DNA from: Octopus sinensis
Taxonomy: Eukaryota
Length of the DNA: 64,000 nt
Direction: 5' to 3'
Assembly (NCBI RefSeq): GCF_006345805.1
Contig: NC_043002.1
Coordinates: forward strand, 62,248,001-62,312,000
In this document: positions 52,142 to 64,000 of the stretch, piece by piece
Position numbering within the stretch: the first letter of the stretch is position 1
Layout of the letters: each line of letters opens with the position of its first letter
Made by a program: the position numbers and the translations under genes
Notes under the pieces: model-generated
Databases searched by the model: none
What the model was told of the DNA's origin: nothing
The model's input: only the letters and a program-made list of their open reading frames with translations

Positions 52142-52202
52142 GATAACTGAAGTGATCGTGGCGTGAATTTCCACCTCGGCATCCGAAACTCGGAGCTTTA
52201 TC
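52142..52202 (+). ncRNA. Degenerate hammerhead motif
   Basis: gataa CTGAAG t ..decayed helix II.. GAA ACTCGGAGC T ttatc. Helix I is intact but core positions 9 and 16.1 are altered. Confidence 0.35.
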
Positions 52203-52349
52203 TTGGCTACCAAATGATTGTCACATATACATTTACAGATAAATTCCTCTATTTACATAATATTGAGGTATCTTTCTTTTGTTATCCTACCGTTTTTATC
52301 AATACACAGATACGTATACACACACGCATACATACATACATACATACAT

Positions 52350-52410
<61 letters not shown>

Positions 52411-53619
52411 ATATATTATATATATATTATATATATATATAATATATATATATTATATATATATAGGTAGCCACTCCTGGGCGTATATATAAACTTCCTT
52501 GATATGAAATAACCGATAATCAACGTGTTCATTTTCTATATTGTTATTTTCCCACCACCCAAATCACTTACTTCCAAATATTCTACATATATCTATCTCC
52601 AATTACCTTCCTCGGATATTGACAAAAAATTATCTTCGTCCGTAAAAATGTCGGAATGTCCAAAAACGAATCGTGTGAAAAAGAATGGACATCTATAAAG
52701 ATAAGTCATAATAAAATGTGGAATTCGAGGTTTTGGCAAAATCATCGTTAAACTTCCGACATTATGTTATAGCTGGACGTCATAGGATATAACGGAATGA
52801 TGATAAAACCTGAGTCTAGTTGGATAGATAACCTATGTCTACATGTTTTGTTACACGTCGTTGTCAGCTAGAAAAAAAACAACATTACCATAGTCGTCTG
52901 CTATTTCCGTGTAATGGTGTTCTTTTTTTTTTTCTAGCGTTTATACTCTCTCCAGCACATTATCACATTCTTGAAGGTATAGTTTCTGATCTCTCTCCTA
53001 CTACCGATCTCCCTTATACGAAAAATAATTACTTTTATTTTCTGGTGTAATTCACATTGTCTATAACGAAAGGATTGCGAGTAGAAAAAAATCGAATAAA
53101 TCATTTATGTTTTTTATCATTTTGATCGAAATAAGATAAAGCCCGAAACTATGTTGAGAAAAAAATTGTCCAAAACCTGAGTTTAGAAAAGACTTTATAA
53201 TTTTCAATAAATATAATTTTAGCCTACAAGGACAGCCTCTAGCTTTGTCAGATTAAACACACACATGCACACACGCTCACATAGACCCACACACACACAA
53301 GCAGACACACACACATACACAAACACGTACGTACACACTCATCTCTCTCTATATAGATACATATATATGTGCGTGTCTGTGTGTGGTGTGTGAGGAGACA
53401 AACGAAAGAAAGACACTCAACATATATATTTAGTGTAACATGTAGAGATTGACACAATGTGAATCAAATTCGTTGGTACTCCGAGTTTGAAGCGTGATGC
53501 TAGTCTTCAGACATTTTGAATTTCAAATGACTGAAGACTAGCATCAAGCTGGAAACTCAGAATACCAATAAATTTGACTCAAACTACTTTAATCCACCCA
53601 TACATGCATATACATATAC

Positions 53620-53775
53620 ATACATACGTGATAACTGATGAATGGTCGTTCTTTGTGTTACTTATCCTGTTTTCCATTTGTTTTTCCCGCTGTTTGTGTA
53701 TTGAACTCATTTGCTTTCCTATTTCCTTTTGGTTTCTGTTTGTGACGTCCTGTACCGAAATATGCATATACATAT
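53620..53775 (+). mobile_element. Dispersed repeat (probable Penelope-like terminal fragment), family shared with 54715-54985 and 62785-63115
   Basis: aactgatgaa..gtcgttctttgtgttactt..gtattgaactcatttg..gtgacgtcctgtac. Confidence 0.55.
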
Positions 53776-54570
53776 ACTAGCTTAAGGTGACCCGCTCTAC
53801 GCGCGGGTAAGAGTGTGGTTCTTACTTTCTGTTTTTTATCACCACATTCTCCCTCTTTGTTTCTTTCTCCTTTCTCTCTCACTGTCCCACTCTCTTACTC
53901 TTCCTTTCTCTCGGACTCTCCCTTGCTTTCTTTTACTCTCTCTTTCTCTATCTATCTCTCTCCCATTTATAAACAACAAAAGATCTTGAGTAAGTTGAGA
54001 AAGTAAAATACTTGAAAGATCAATCATAAATATCAGGCAGTGACAACGGAAAGGTCTGCTTCAAGGCAGACAGCAAACTACTAACATTCAAAAGGGATAG
54101 ACGAACTTGCGAGCTGAATAGAAAAACAAATATTGGAAACCAAAGTTTGAAGGGATAGAATCTGAGGATAGTAGAGTCACCATGGCTGGCATTTCTTAAC
54201 GACGGACAGCAACGTAGTGGCAGTTTAACGGCTGGCGTAAAATTTTGAACTTGTTGTAAAAGAAAATTCCTAAACACCAAGTTTTGAAGTGATTCTTTCT
54301 CACGACAGTAGACTCACAATGACAAGCATTCAAAACTTATTCATCATCGACAACAACACATTAACGATTTAAAGGCTAGCGCAAATGTTTCAGCTTGATG
54401 TAACAGAGAATTCCTAAACACCCGCTCCTGTAAATTTTAATCCTCTTCCACTGTCGTTTTCTCTCTCATCCTTTCTCTAATTCCTCCACTACACCATTTT
54501 CTATCTGTGTTTCTCTCTTTCTCTCTCTCACCCACTTTCTCCTTTACTATCTCTCTCGTAGCTCGCGCGT
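53775..54570 (+). mobile_element. Helitron-like non-autonomous element
   Basis: Starts tactagc followed by an acccgc..gcgggt hairpin. The right boundary is uncertain. Confidence 0.35.
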
Positions 54571-54714
54571 GACCATCGGCCACCTTTCTTTTCTTCATGT
54601 GATCATCTTTCTTTCCTTTCAGGACTGTCCTAGATGCTGGATGTATCCTCTCTATCTCTCTCTTCTATCTTTTCTCTTGTCAAAGAAGATATTTCTCCAG
54701 CGTTCAGTACCTTA

Positions 54715-54985
54715 CCCACGTTCTTGTCTAACGACTCTCCATATTTGTTTTCATTCGGTTTCCTTCCATGTCTTCACTGTCCTGGGTTTTTTTCCAAAAT
54801 TTTATTTTGGTATTTGTGGGAACAACTACATTCATATTGTTCAGTGCTCGAAATAAGGAGAAGGTAAGCAACCGACAACTAGTTACGGGTCGTTCTTTAT
54901 GTTACTTGTCCTGTTTTCCATTTGTTTCTTTTGTATTGAACTCATTTGTTTTCGCATCTCATGTTGTTTACTGTTAACCATATAT
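54715..54985 (+). mobile_element. Dispersed repeat, same family as 62785-63115
   Basis: gtctaacgactctccat..ttcggtttcc..ctcgaaat..gttctttatgttacttgtcctg..gtattgaactcatttgttttcgcat. Confidence 0.6.
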
Positions 54986-55072
54986 GCATATATATATATA
55001 TATAATATATATTATATTATATTAACAGTATATATATATATATGTATATAATAATATATATATATATATATA

Positions 55073-55374
55073 TACTAGCAGTATTGCTATAAGGGAAATA
55101 TATAAGCATTTTTAGAAGTATAGCCTATAGAAAAAAATATATTTTTTTTGAGAGTAAAAAAATGAGTGCGTCCCCTAGACAGTCTGTGGTTTATTTTTTT
55201 TGATTCTCGACCCCATGTATATCGATTTTTCAGAATGGGGGAACTTTAAATTTTCGCTGCGTTATGAATTATGAATTGGGCTATCAAGTTTCATCAGAAT
55301 CGGTTGAAATCAGGGTATACGAGAAAACAGACACACAGAAACACGCACAGACAACTGCCGTTATATAGAGAGAG

Positions 55375-55375
<1 letters not shown>
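55073..55375 (+). mobile_element. Helitron-like (Lep1-type) non-autonomous element
   Basis: tactagcagtatt start, aagtttcatcagaatcgg, acagacacacagaaacac tract, gttatatagagag end. Confidence 0.45.
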
Positions 55376-55410
<35 letters not shown>

Positions 55411-55479
55411 ATGTATACTCAGAAAAATAACTCAATAGGTATAGGGAAAAACCAATGAAAGATCACATCCATATAAGTA

Positions 55480-55540
55480 CCGAGGACAGCCTGTTTCTGG
55501 ATTCGTGGGGTTAAACGCTACTTTTCCTTCATCAGCTCAG
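55480..55540 (-). ncRNA. Type I hammerhead ribozyme motif with canonical core
   Basis: ctgag CTGATGA a gga..gtag..ccac..tcc a GAA ACAGGCTGT C ctcgg. GUC site, 5-bp helix I. Confidence 0.75.
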
Positions 55541-56089
55541 AGATTTCTTCTGATTTAGATTTGAAAATACTAAGAGTCAAACATACCCGTCCGATATCTG
55601 TAACATCGGACAAACCATGCCAGACAACCAGTACTAGCGAATCCAAAAATGAAAATGAGATCTATTATTCGGTATGTAAAAAGTTGAAGAAATAGCCAAA
55701 TTTTTGGCTGCTATTTCTGATAAGTTCGGTGTGTGGTAAAGTGAATTTTTTACTTTACCATATTTTTATAAATTAATACTTCAAATATACCGTAAATGGT
55801 CTTTTTACATACCGAATACTGCTTGGTCGAATTGATTAACAATTAATTAATTCCACCCTTTTTTACTGACAATATAATGCTTTCTCTCCAAGAATTTCAA
55901 CTACAGTTTTTGCCTCTGTAGGAATGTACTACTCTATGACTCACGTGGGTGGACAGGGAGAATAATAGATCTCATTTGTATTTTTGGATTCGCTAGTACT
56001 GGTTGTCTGGCATGGTTTGTCCGATGTTACAGATATCGGACGGGTATGTTTGACTCTTAGTATTTTCAAATCTAAATCAGAAGAAATCT

Positions 56090-56149
56090 CTGAGCTGATT
56101 AAGGAAAAGTGGCGTTTAACCCACGAATCCAGAAACAGGCTGTCCTCGG
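56090..56149 (+). ncRNA. Type I hammerhead motif, sister copy with G8U change
   Basis: ctgag CTGATTA a gga..gtgg..ccac..tcc a GAA ACAGGCTGT C ctcgg. Confidence 0.6.
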
Positions 56150-56747
56150 GTATCTTATATGGATGTGATCTTTCATTGTTTTTCCCTTATACCTATGTGA
56201 GTTATTTTTCTGAGTATGCATTGTCTGGAGACTTTTACTTGCAGTTGAAGAAATAGCCAAATTTGTGGCTGCTATTTCTGATAAGTTCGGTGTGTGGTAA
56301 AGTGAATTTTTTACTTTACCATATTTTTATAAATTAATACTTCAAATATACCGTAAATGGTCTTTTTACATACCGAATACTGCTTGGTCGAATTGATTAA
56401 CAATTAATTAACCACCCTTTTTTTGACTATATAATGTATATATATATATATATATGATATATATATATATATATAATATATATATGTATATTATATATAT
56501 ATATATATATTATATATATATATATATAATATATTTATATATATATATACATATTAGTATATTATATAATATAATAAATATTAGGGAATGAATCCAAAAT
56601 TACAGGGAAAAAATCAGAGTTAGGGTTAAATCCAATTTTATAGTAAAATATTAATATAATATAATTCGAGACAAAACCACTATTTTAAAACCAAACAAGG
56701 AAAGATTTAATCAATACATAAAATTTTAATATAACTTAAATAAACCG

Positions 56748-56791
56748 CCACTACAAATGTTTCATGTCTGCTACCGACAATCTTCAGGTGG
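56748..56791 (-). ncRNA. Minimal type I hammerhead motif
   Basis: ccac CTGAAGA t tgtc-ggtagca-gaca t GAA ACATTTGT A gtgg. Confidence 0.7.
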
Positions 56792-56845
56792 ATTTTCGAT
56801 CTTCTAATCAGTATCAAATTTGATACTGATTAGAAGATCGAAAAT

Positions 56846-56889
56846 CCACCTGAAGATTGTCGGTAGGAGACATGAAACATTTGTAGTGG
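56846..56889 (+). ncRNA. Minimal type I hammerhead motif
   Basis: ccac CTGAAGA t tgtc-ggtagga-gaca t GAA ACATTTGT A gtgg. Predicted cleavage after 56885. Confidence 0.7.
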
Positions 56890-56977
56890 CGGTTTATTTA
56901 ATTTATATTAAAATTTAATGTATTGATTAAGTCTTTCTTGTTTGGTTTTAAAATAGTGGTTTTGTCTCGAATTATAT

Positions 56978-57035
<58 letters not shown>

Positions 57036-57045
57036 TATATATATA

Positions 57046-58020
57046 TATGCTGATGACACTAAGCTCCAGCAAATCGTCAATGAAGAAGCAGACCGAACTC
57101 AACTCCAGTCTGATCTATATGCTGTGAATCAATGGGCAGACAGAAACAAAATGCAACTGAACGAGGGAAAATTTGAGCTGATGCATTTTCGAAGAAATTC
57201 CTCACTAAAACAGCCATACTCTCTTCCTTCAAGGGAACCGCTCACAGCCTCTAACAATATCAGGGACCTGGGTGTAATTGTTGATGACGATCTCAGTTGG
57301 AGTGCACACATCAACAAGAAGGTTGCTATAGCTATTAGGATGAGTTCCTGGATCTTAAGAACTTTCCGGTCCAGAGAACAAGGTGTCATCATGCCACTTT
57401 TCTCCTCCTTTGTACGGCCACACCTCGAATACTGCTGCCCACTGTGGTCTTCCCATACAAGACAAAACATCTCGAGGATTGAATCACCTCAGAGAGCACT
57501 CACTAAACGAATTGAAGGCATGGCTGCTCTCGATTATTGGAATCGCCTTAAAGCCTTGAAACTCTACTCTCTCCAACGTCGCCGTGAGCGGTACGTCACT
57601 TGTACGATGTGGAGAATATACCGCCAACTTTGCCCAAACGACCTGAACATTATCTTCAAGGTTCATCCAAGACTGGGACCACGGGCCATACGTCCCCTAC
57701 CCAATTCAAGATCACAGCATACATGTACACTACAACATAATTTCTTTTCCTCAAACAGGCCCTGCCCTATTTAACATTGTCCCGAAAGAGATCAAAGAGG
57801 AACAGGATCCCATCAACTTTAAACGGAGTCTGGATAGATTCCTTCAAGGAATACCAGATAAGCCACCCATAATTGGATACAACGCACCCAACAAGAACTC
57901 ACTACTTGAACAAAACTTGACTTAAACAGGATTCGAATAATCCTATCAGGTGGTGCTATTAAGTTAGACATGGCCTGGACAAATCTTTGGTCGAAACATA
58001 TCTAAGTTTATCTAAGTTTA
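57046..58020 (+). mobile_element. 5'-truncated CR1-clade LINE (RT C-terminal half)
   Basis: YADDTKL..LQSDL..W..KMQLN..K..RDLGVIVD..LSWSAHI..VRPHLEYC..W..IES.QR..Y..RLKALKLYSLQRRR. One frameshift near 57770, stop at 57923-57925, (tatctaagtt)2 tail. Confidence 0.92.
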
Positions 58021-58045
58021 TATATATAATATATTATATTATATA

Positions 58046-58076
<31 letters not shown>

Positions 58077-58108
58077 ATCAAAATAAGCAACAAAGACATC
58101 CAGAGGTA

Positions 58109-58195
58109 ATGCAGTACGATCGTTTCAGCAACTCCATTTAATTTAACAATGCAATCATTACATCAATTTAAATGCAGAACAATCTTCAGCTGCAC
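58109..58195 (-). ncRNA. Type I hammerhead motif with long helix II insertion, in a Penelope-like fragment (~58078-58260)
   Basis: gtgcag CTGAAGA [56 nt containing catttaa/ttaaatg and atgtaa/ttgcat pairs] GAA ACGATCGT A ctgcat. Confidence 0.7.
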
Positions 58196-58269
58196 AGAGG
58201 CACGGAATTTAATTAAATTAGTATAATCATACCTAAAATCTCCAAGGAGTTAAGGAGATAGACAAAGAA

Positions 58270-58755
58270 CATGCTGGAGTGAATCTTCATGCTGGAGTTG
58301 TGCGTCAGGGTTTTGCAGCAGCCACCGTCTTCACCAGGGCAGTACTACTTCGTCCAAGTACTTGATGCAGGACTCCGTGTTGAGTGTGAGGCCGAGTGGG
58401 AAGAATAATGGAGGCATAACGTCGTCATCACTAGTGATCACTACAAACAACATTATGTTGATTGGTTGTTTGATTTTTATCACTTTCGGTACGTGTTTGG
58501 GGGACACGCACCCCAACGGTAGTTCTGTGCGTTCGGCATCTCTTCGTATTGGAGCTTACGGTGTGGGTGCCAAGTAGTATAGCATGTATTTTCCAAATTT
58601 CTGGCAAACTGAATGGCGTCATGATGCTGTTTTACTCACAGACGGTGCCCAACAGAACCTACTACACTTTACTCGTCGAGAAAATCAAAGGCAAACCTTG
58701 TGCATGCGCGAAATTAAAAATCATAAGATGGCGACATTTTACTCATTGCACACAC

Positions 58756-58763
<8 letters not shown>
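58270..58763 (-). mobile_element. Internally deleted Tc1/mariner DD37D (maT-like) transposon
   Basis: TAtagggtg terminus; MTPFSLPEIWK..; SPKHVPKVIKIKQPINIMLFVVITSDDDVMPPLFFPLGLTLNTESCIKYLDEVVLPWVK. Confidence 0.75.
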
Positions 58764-58813
<50 letters not shown>

Positions 58814-59188
58814 AGGGATAGCGTGGAAACCGTTTGTGTGTTGTTTGTGTGGGTATGTTTATATTTGTGAGAATATATATATGATGTCCAGTACCTCAGA
58901 TAAATCTGTAATAGTTCATGCATAGGACAGGTACATATGTGTGTGTGCGCGCGCGTGATGTGTATAGTTTACTGTTTTGTTATGATGCGATAAAGAAATA
59001 CCGTACCCTATCTATTGATAGATGGTATTCATTTAATGTACATTATCAAAATATGAGCTAGTGATAGTTTCTTGCTGCGAAGTCACTCGGTTAGACAAGT
59101 TTTCAAACGTGCCTTCTGTTCTCAGGCAATCGTCGGGCTTTTGAGATTGCTGGTATGTAGCTAATATCTATCTCTGTCTATCTATCAC

Positions 59189-59241
<53 letters not shown>

Positions 59242-59350
59242 TCTATCTATCTATCTATCTAACTAACTAATACACGTGTTGGTTGTTTATACCCCTGATA
59301 TCGTCCTCTCTTTTGTAAATTCCAACTCACTCCCTCTCTCTCTCTCTCTC

Positions 59351-59399
<49 letters not shown>

Positions 59400-59771
59400 G
59401 AGAGAGAAAGAGAAAGAGAGAGAGAAAGAGAAAGAGAGAGAGAAAGAGAAAGAGAGAGAGAACCAGAGAGAAAGAAAATATAGAATATTACCGTTTCGAT
59501 GATGAATATCATCTTATTAAATATTAATAATAAAAAATTTATAAAAAGTATAATTAAAAACAGTTTATCTCCTGTTTGAGGTCAAAAACAGTTTGTCTAC
59601 TGATTTTACTTAAAATTTTTTATAAATGTTTACAAATGTTTCATGAGATGAGAATCATCGTCGCAAATGGTAATATTCTATATTGCCTTCATATAATTTT
59701 AAATTCATTTTATTAAATTCTTTCTAAATCGAAATATCCTAGATTTCTGCTGTGCTTTTTACACCTCAACC

Positions 59772-59853
<82 letters not shown>

Positions 59854-60866
59854 GTATTATATATGTATGCATGTATGTATTTACGCATTTATATGTGTAT
59901 ATCGCATATACGTACATACTAGGGCGCATGCATATACATATGTATGAACATATACATGCAAAATATATGCAGACATTTATGTACATGATAAATGGGGAGG
60001 GCTCGTACGTATATGAACGTAACTATGTCGTGTATTTACATGTACATACATGTAAGTCTCTGTATGCAAAAGTCATTTCAATATCATATGCCGTCACGCT
60101 ATCTGAACCGAACACAGGATGGGGCTGGAAGGAAACAACAACTTGTCTTCATTTTGCCATTCTTTATTCATTGAGGAACAAAAAAAACAAAAAAAAAACG
60201 ATCCATTATATTCAGCAATCTCTGTAAAGGTTTGGTTATTGGAAACTCTTTTGTTCCATGATAATTAATCTTTATTGTGTAGTAATGTCTTCAGCAGAAG
60301 CCTGTAATTTGCGATTACCACACGTTTTTGGAACACTTGGTTCAAGACGGCAAACACACACAAACACACACACAAACACTAGCACATACACACGCGCACA
60401 CACACACACACACACAGAGTAGCATGCATATCTGTGAGCATATGTATACAAATATTCATATAGATACATATATATATATATTATATATATATATATAAAT
60501 GCTTATTCGTAGATATGTATGTATGAAAACAAACATATATTCTAGTACGTGCGTATGTGTGTGTGTATAGATAGAAGCAATACATGTATATTCATGGATA
60601 TTTAGAAGATAAATAGATATATAATTAGAATCATAGACTCTCATGTCCATACATACAAAGGCCTACATATGCACGTATATATGTATTAGCTATTGATGGA
60701 AATTATTCACTGATCAGACCGCATATTGTGTTTCCTATTTTCTTGATCCGAAACGAATGAAGCTGTGCTGTGTCCATCAATTGTCACACACACTATTATT
60801 CTCTTTCAATTTCTCTCTCACCCCACCTCTCTACCTCACTCTTTTATGTGTGAATGTGTTTCTTAT

Positions 60867-61132
60867 TATGCGAACCTGTTCGTTCGCTATGTTGAGGCCC
60901 AAATATTCTCACTGTTCCCTAGTCCCACTGCTGAGCTATACGGTGGTTATATCGATGACTGTATCGGTGTGACCTCACTCTCCAGCGGACATCTGGACTG
61001 CTTCCTCTCCTTTGTCCAATCATTACATCCTGCGCTCAAATTCTCCTACCCCTAACTCCTCCGTCCAATTTCTCGACATTTCTCTCAACACACACCACTC
61101 CGCTCTTACCACCCCAATCCACTGCAAACACA
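60867..61132 (+). pseudogene. Penelope-like element reverse transcriptase fragment
   Basis: YANLFVRYVEAQIF..LYGGYIDDCIG..FLSFVQSLHPALKF / SVQFLDISL..LTTPIHCK. Matches the PLE-type YANLF..RYIDD..HP.LKFT..FLD pattern; one frameshift. Confidence 0.85.
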
Positions 61133-61153
61133 CAATATATATATATATATTAG

Positions 61154-61205
<52 letters not shown>

Positions 61206-61680
61206 AGTGAGATTCTGTCTACTTGTCTGTTTGTCCCACAAGATGAAACTAAAACCACACACCCTCTCTCTATGATTTTCTTTCTTCTGTATGTGTCTAT
61301 TTTCTCTCTCTTTCTCTTATTACACATGAAGTAATAATAAATGGAACAGCCGCAAAATAGGTACAAAGATCCAAGGTCATTCTGGTATTAAGTTTGGAGC
61401 ATCAATTGGTAGTGTGAAAGTATGTTATCAACTTAATGTGACAGTCCATTGAAAAGGAAGAATGCTACTGTTATTTAGCCCTAGAGAATAGATCTTCGTA
61501 TGTATGCATGTATGTATATATGTATGAAAGCATGTTGGTACGTATGTATGTATGTTCGTATCTATATATGTACGTATGTATGTATGTATGTATGTATGTA
61601 TGTATGTATGTATGTATATAGTATGTATGTATGTATGTATGTATGTATGTATGTATGTACGTATGTATGTATAGATGTTT

Positions 61681-61912
61681 GTATGCAGCATATGCCAGAA
61701 GGTTTGCAAATCCAACAGAGGCCTCGAAAAAATATTAAGATCCACAAAGAGCAGAATTTTTCTGCCGGTCTTGGTGATCTAAATCAGAGGTGAAATCTAT
61801 GTGGGCGTCTTTTTAAAACATTGTTTGGTTTAAATAGCCCCATCAGATGCCATGATGGTGCTAAGGAGTAGGTACAGGTGTTGGTCAAACTCTGTATAAT
61901 GAGTAGACAACC
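61681..61912 (+). mobile_element. 5'-truncated LINE 3' end (probably RTE) with two decayed C2H2 fingers, inside a TATG array
   Basis: VCSICQKVCKSNRGL../IKIHK..*NLCGRLFKTLFGLNSPIRCHDGAKE*; homologous to 2790-3020. Confidence 0.6.
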
Positions 61913-61968
61913 ACCATGTATGTATGCATGTATGTATGTATGTATGTATGTATGTATCTATCTATCTA

Positions 61969-62020
<52 letters not shown>

Positions 62021-62021
<1 letters not shown>

Positions 62022-62436
62022 TCTTTACTCTTTTACTCTTTTACTTGTTTCAGTCATTTGACTGCGGCCATGCTGGAGCACCGCCTTTAGTCGAGCAAAT
62101 CGACCCCGGGACTTATTCTTTGTAAGCCCAGTACTTATTCCATCGGTCTCCTTTGCCGAACCGCTAAGTGACGGGGACGTAAACACACCAGCATCGGTTG
62201 TCAAGCAATGCTAGGGGGACAAACACAGACACACAAACACACACACACTTACATATATATATATATACATATATACGACAGGCTTCTTTCAGTTTCCGTC
62301 TACCAAATCCACTCACAAGGCATTGGTCGGCCCGGCACTATAGCAGAAGACACTTGCCCAAGATGCCACGCAGTGAGACTGAACCCGGAACCATGTGGTT
62401 GGGTAGCAAGCTACCTACCACACAGCCACTCCTGCG

Positions 62437-62439
<3 letters not shown>
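62021..62439 (-). mobile_element. Full-length tRNA-derived SINE family A
   Basis: Least decayed family A copy; reverse complement matches 16796-17295. Confidence 0.9.
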
Positions 62440-62503
<64 letters not shown>

Positions 62504-62784
62504 ATATCATCGTAATATAAGCATTCACATACATTTATGCACACAGAAATCTGTATTTATTTACATAAAATTCATGTGTTTCTATGCATCTTATAACTGT
62601 GTAATCGGGAATAACGCTTCCTCCTATCACCTACAACTTATTCAGTATCTCTTGCTGTCCGCACAGAAACCTCGAATAGTGTGAATCCTAGAAACCTATA
62701 AATACTGAAAATGCCTGACGTATACATAGTCTTATACATATGTAATGGGTGTATACATGTGCCTAAACACACCTCTATTTTACC

Positions 62785-63115
62785 ATCGTTCTGGTCTAAC
62801 GACCCTCCATGTCTGTCATCGTTCGGTTTCCTTGTATGTCTCCATTGTCCTATTTTTGTTCCCAACTTTTACTCTCCATAAATCCCAAATTATTAATATG
62901 GTACTTATGGGAGCAAATGTCTTCGAAGACACATATTATCGTACAAAGCTCGAAATGTGTAATAGACAGACAGGCGACAACTGATGAAGGACTCGTTCTT
63001 TATGTCATTTCTTCTGTTTCCATTCGTTTCTCTTGTTGTTTGCGTATTGAACTCATTTGTTTTCGCATTTCATGTTGTTTACTGTTGGTGACGTCCTGTA
63101 CACATATATGCATAT
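62785..63115 (+). mobile_element. Dispersed repeat (probable Penelope-like terminal region) with decayed hammerhead-like cores
   Basis: gtctt cgaaga..gctcGAAAtgtGTA atagac followed by acaaCTGATGAagg. Homologous to 53620 and 54715. Confidence 0.55.
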
Positions 63116-63156
63116 ATATCTATGTATGTACGTATGTACGTATGTATGTATGTATG

Positions 63157-63199
<43 letters not shown>

Positions 63200-63241
63200 T
63201 ATTATTTGTGTGTGTGTCGTATATATATATATAATATATAT

Positions 63242-63284
<43 letters not shown>

Positions 63285-63863
63285 AGATACACACACGTGT
63301 GTGTGTGTTTGTGATTTTACTTGGTTGTAAAAGAGTTAATACTGAAGCGAATTAAAATTTGAAATACATAATCTGCTTAACGTACCTTAACACTAACCGA
63401 CCTCTCTGTCGGCAGATTTATATTTATATGTATATTTGTACTTAATAAACTTAATCTTCCATAATACATACAAATGCATACAGTAGGAAAAAGAAAGAAA
63501 CGCACATGTGTCTTTGACATGAAACTACTAACAATATATATTTACTTTCACTTTCCAACACAGAAGCAATTGTTAATACAATGCATATCGACACATTTTA
63601 AAATACACTTAAAACATACATTTTCGTAGACAAGAATTACATAGATACATTAATACAGAGATACATGCCTGCACGTGTTTGTGTATGTGTAGATGTCTAT
63701 GTCTGTATGTATGTATGTATGTATGTATGTATGTATGTATGTATGTATGTATGTTTGTATGTACGTACGTATGTATGTATGTATGTATGTATGTATGTAT
63801 GTATGTATGTATGTATCTATCTATCTATTTATCTATCTATCAATCTATCTATCTATTTATTAC

Positions 63864-64000
63864 GGAGGTGCAATGGCCCAGTGGTTAGGGCAGCTGACTC
63901 GCGGTCGTAGGATTACGGTTGCGATTCCCAGACCGGGTGTTGTGAATGTGTACTGAGGAAAAAGCAGCTAAAGCTCCACGAGACTCCGGCAGGGGTGGGC
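63864..64000 (+). mobile_element. tRNA-derived SINE head (third family), truncated by the window edge
   Basis: A box tggcccagtgg (63874-63884), B-box-like ggttgcgattcc (63917-63928); no tRNA 3' acceptor arm. Confidence 0.65.

Larger units (their letters stand above)
55411..56436. mobile_element. Composite Penelope-like insertion: inverted 260-bp arms plus ~195-bp direct repeat
   Basis: 55411-55670 is the reverse complement of 55960-56221; 55682-55879 is directly repeated at 56243-56436; TA arrays on both sides. Confidence 0.85.
56575..56980. mobile_element. Penelope-like terminal fragment with spacerless 325-bp palindrome (56656-56980)
   Basis: Centre gtatcaaa|tttgatac at 56818/56819. Arms differ by a few substitutions and one indel; both ends run into TA arrays. 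Confidence 0.85.

Noticed and set aside
55682-55720. TTGAAGA plus gaaatagc/gctatttc hairpin as a hammerhead
   Set aside because: No GAAA core or cleavage triplet follows the hairpin.
63864-63935. Functional tRNA gene
   Set aside because: A and B boxes are present, but there is no closing acceptor stem and the sequence continues into a SINE-like body.

Overview
Eukaryotic, AT-rich, microsatellite-saturated DNA that is mostly transposon-derived. The SINE, LINE and DD37D families plus the TA/CA/TAA arrays look most like an octopus or other coleoid cephalopod genome (inference). I found no confidently identifiable host gene, rRNA, true tRNA or CRISPR array. Most entries in the ORF track are microsatellite read-through. 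Main content: (1) four Dong/R4-clade RLE non-LTR retrotransposon copies of different families, all at TAA arrays: one intact 1293-aa ORF, one decayed near-full-length copy, one 3' fragment and one tiny 3' relic. They share a co-varying 3'-UTR stem-loop and, in the two long copies, a short N-terminal motif. (2) About ten minimal type I hammerhead-ribozyme motifs in several Penelope-like terminal-repeat families, often in fold-back arrangements and with recurrent non-canonical cores (U3-A8, U4C), plus a Penelope RT remnant. (3) A CR1 LINE 3' fragment, two RTE-like double-C2H2 3' ends, mariner/maT/Tigger relics, Lep1-type Helitron-like elements, MITEs and about 10 tRNA-derived SINEs. All RNA folds were paired by eye and no activity has been tested.
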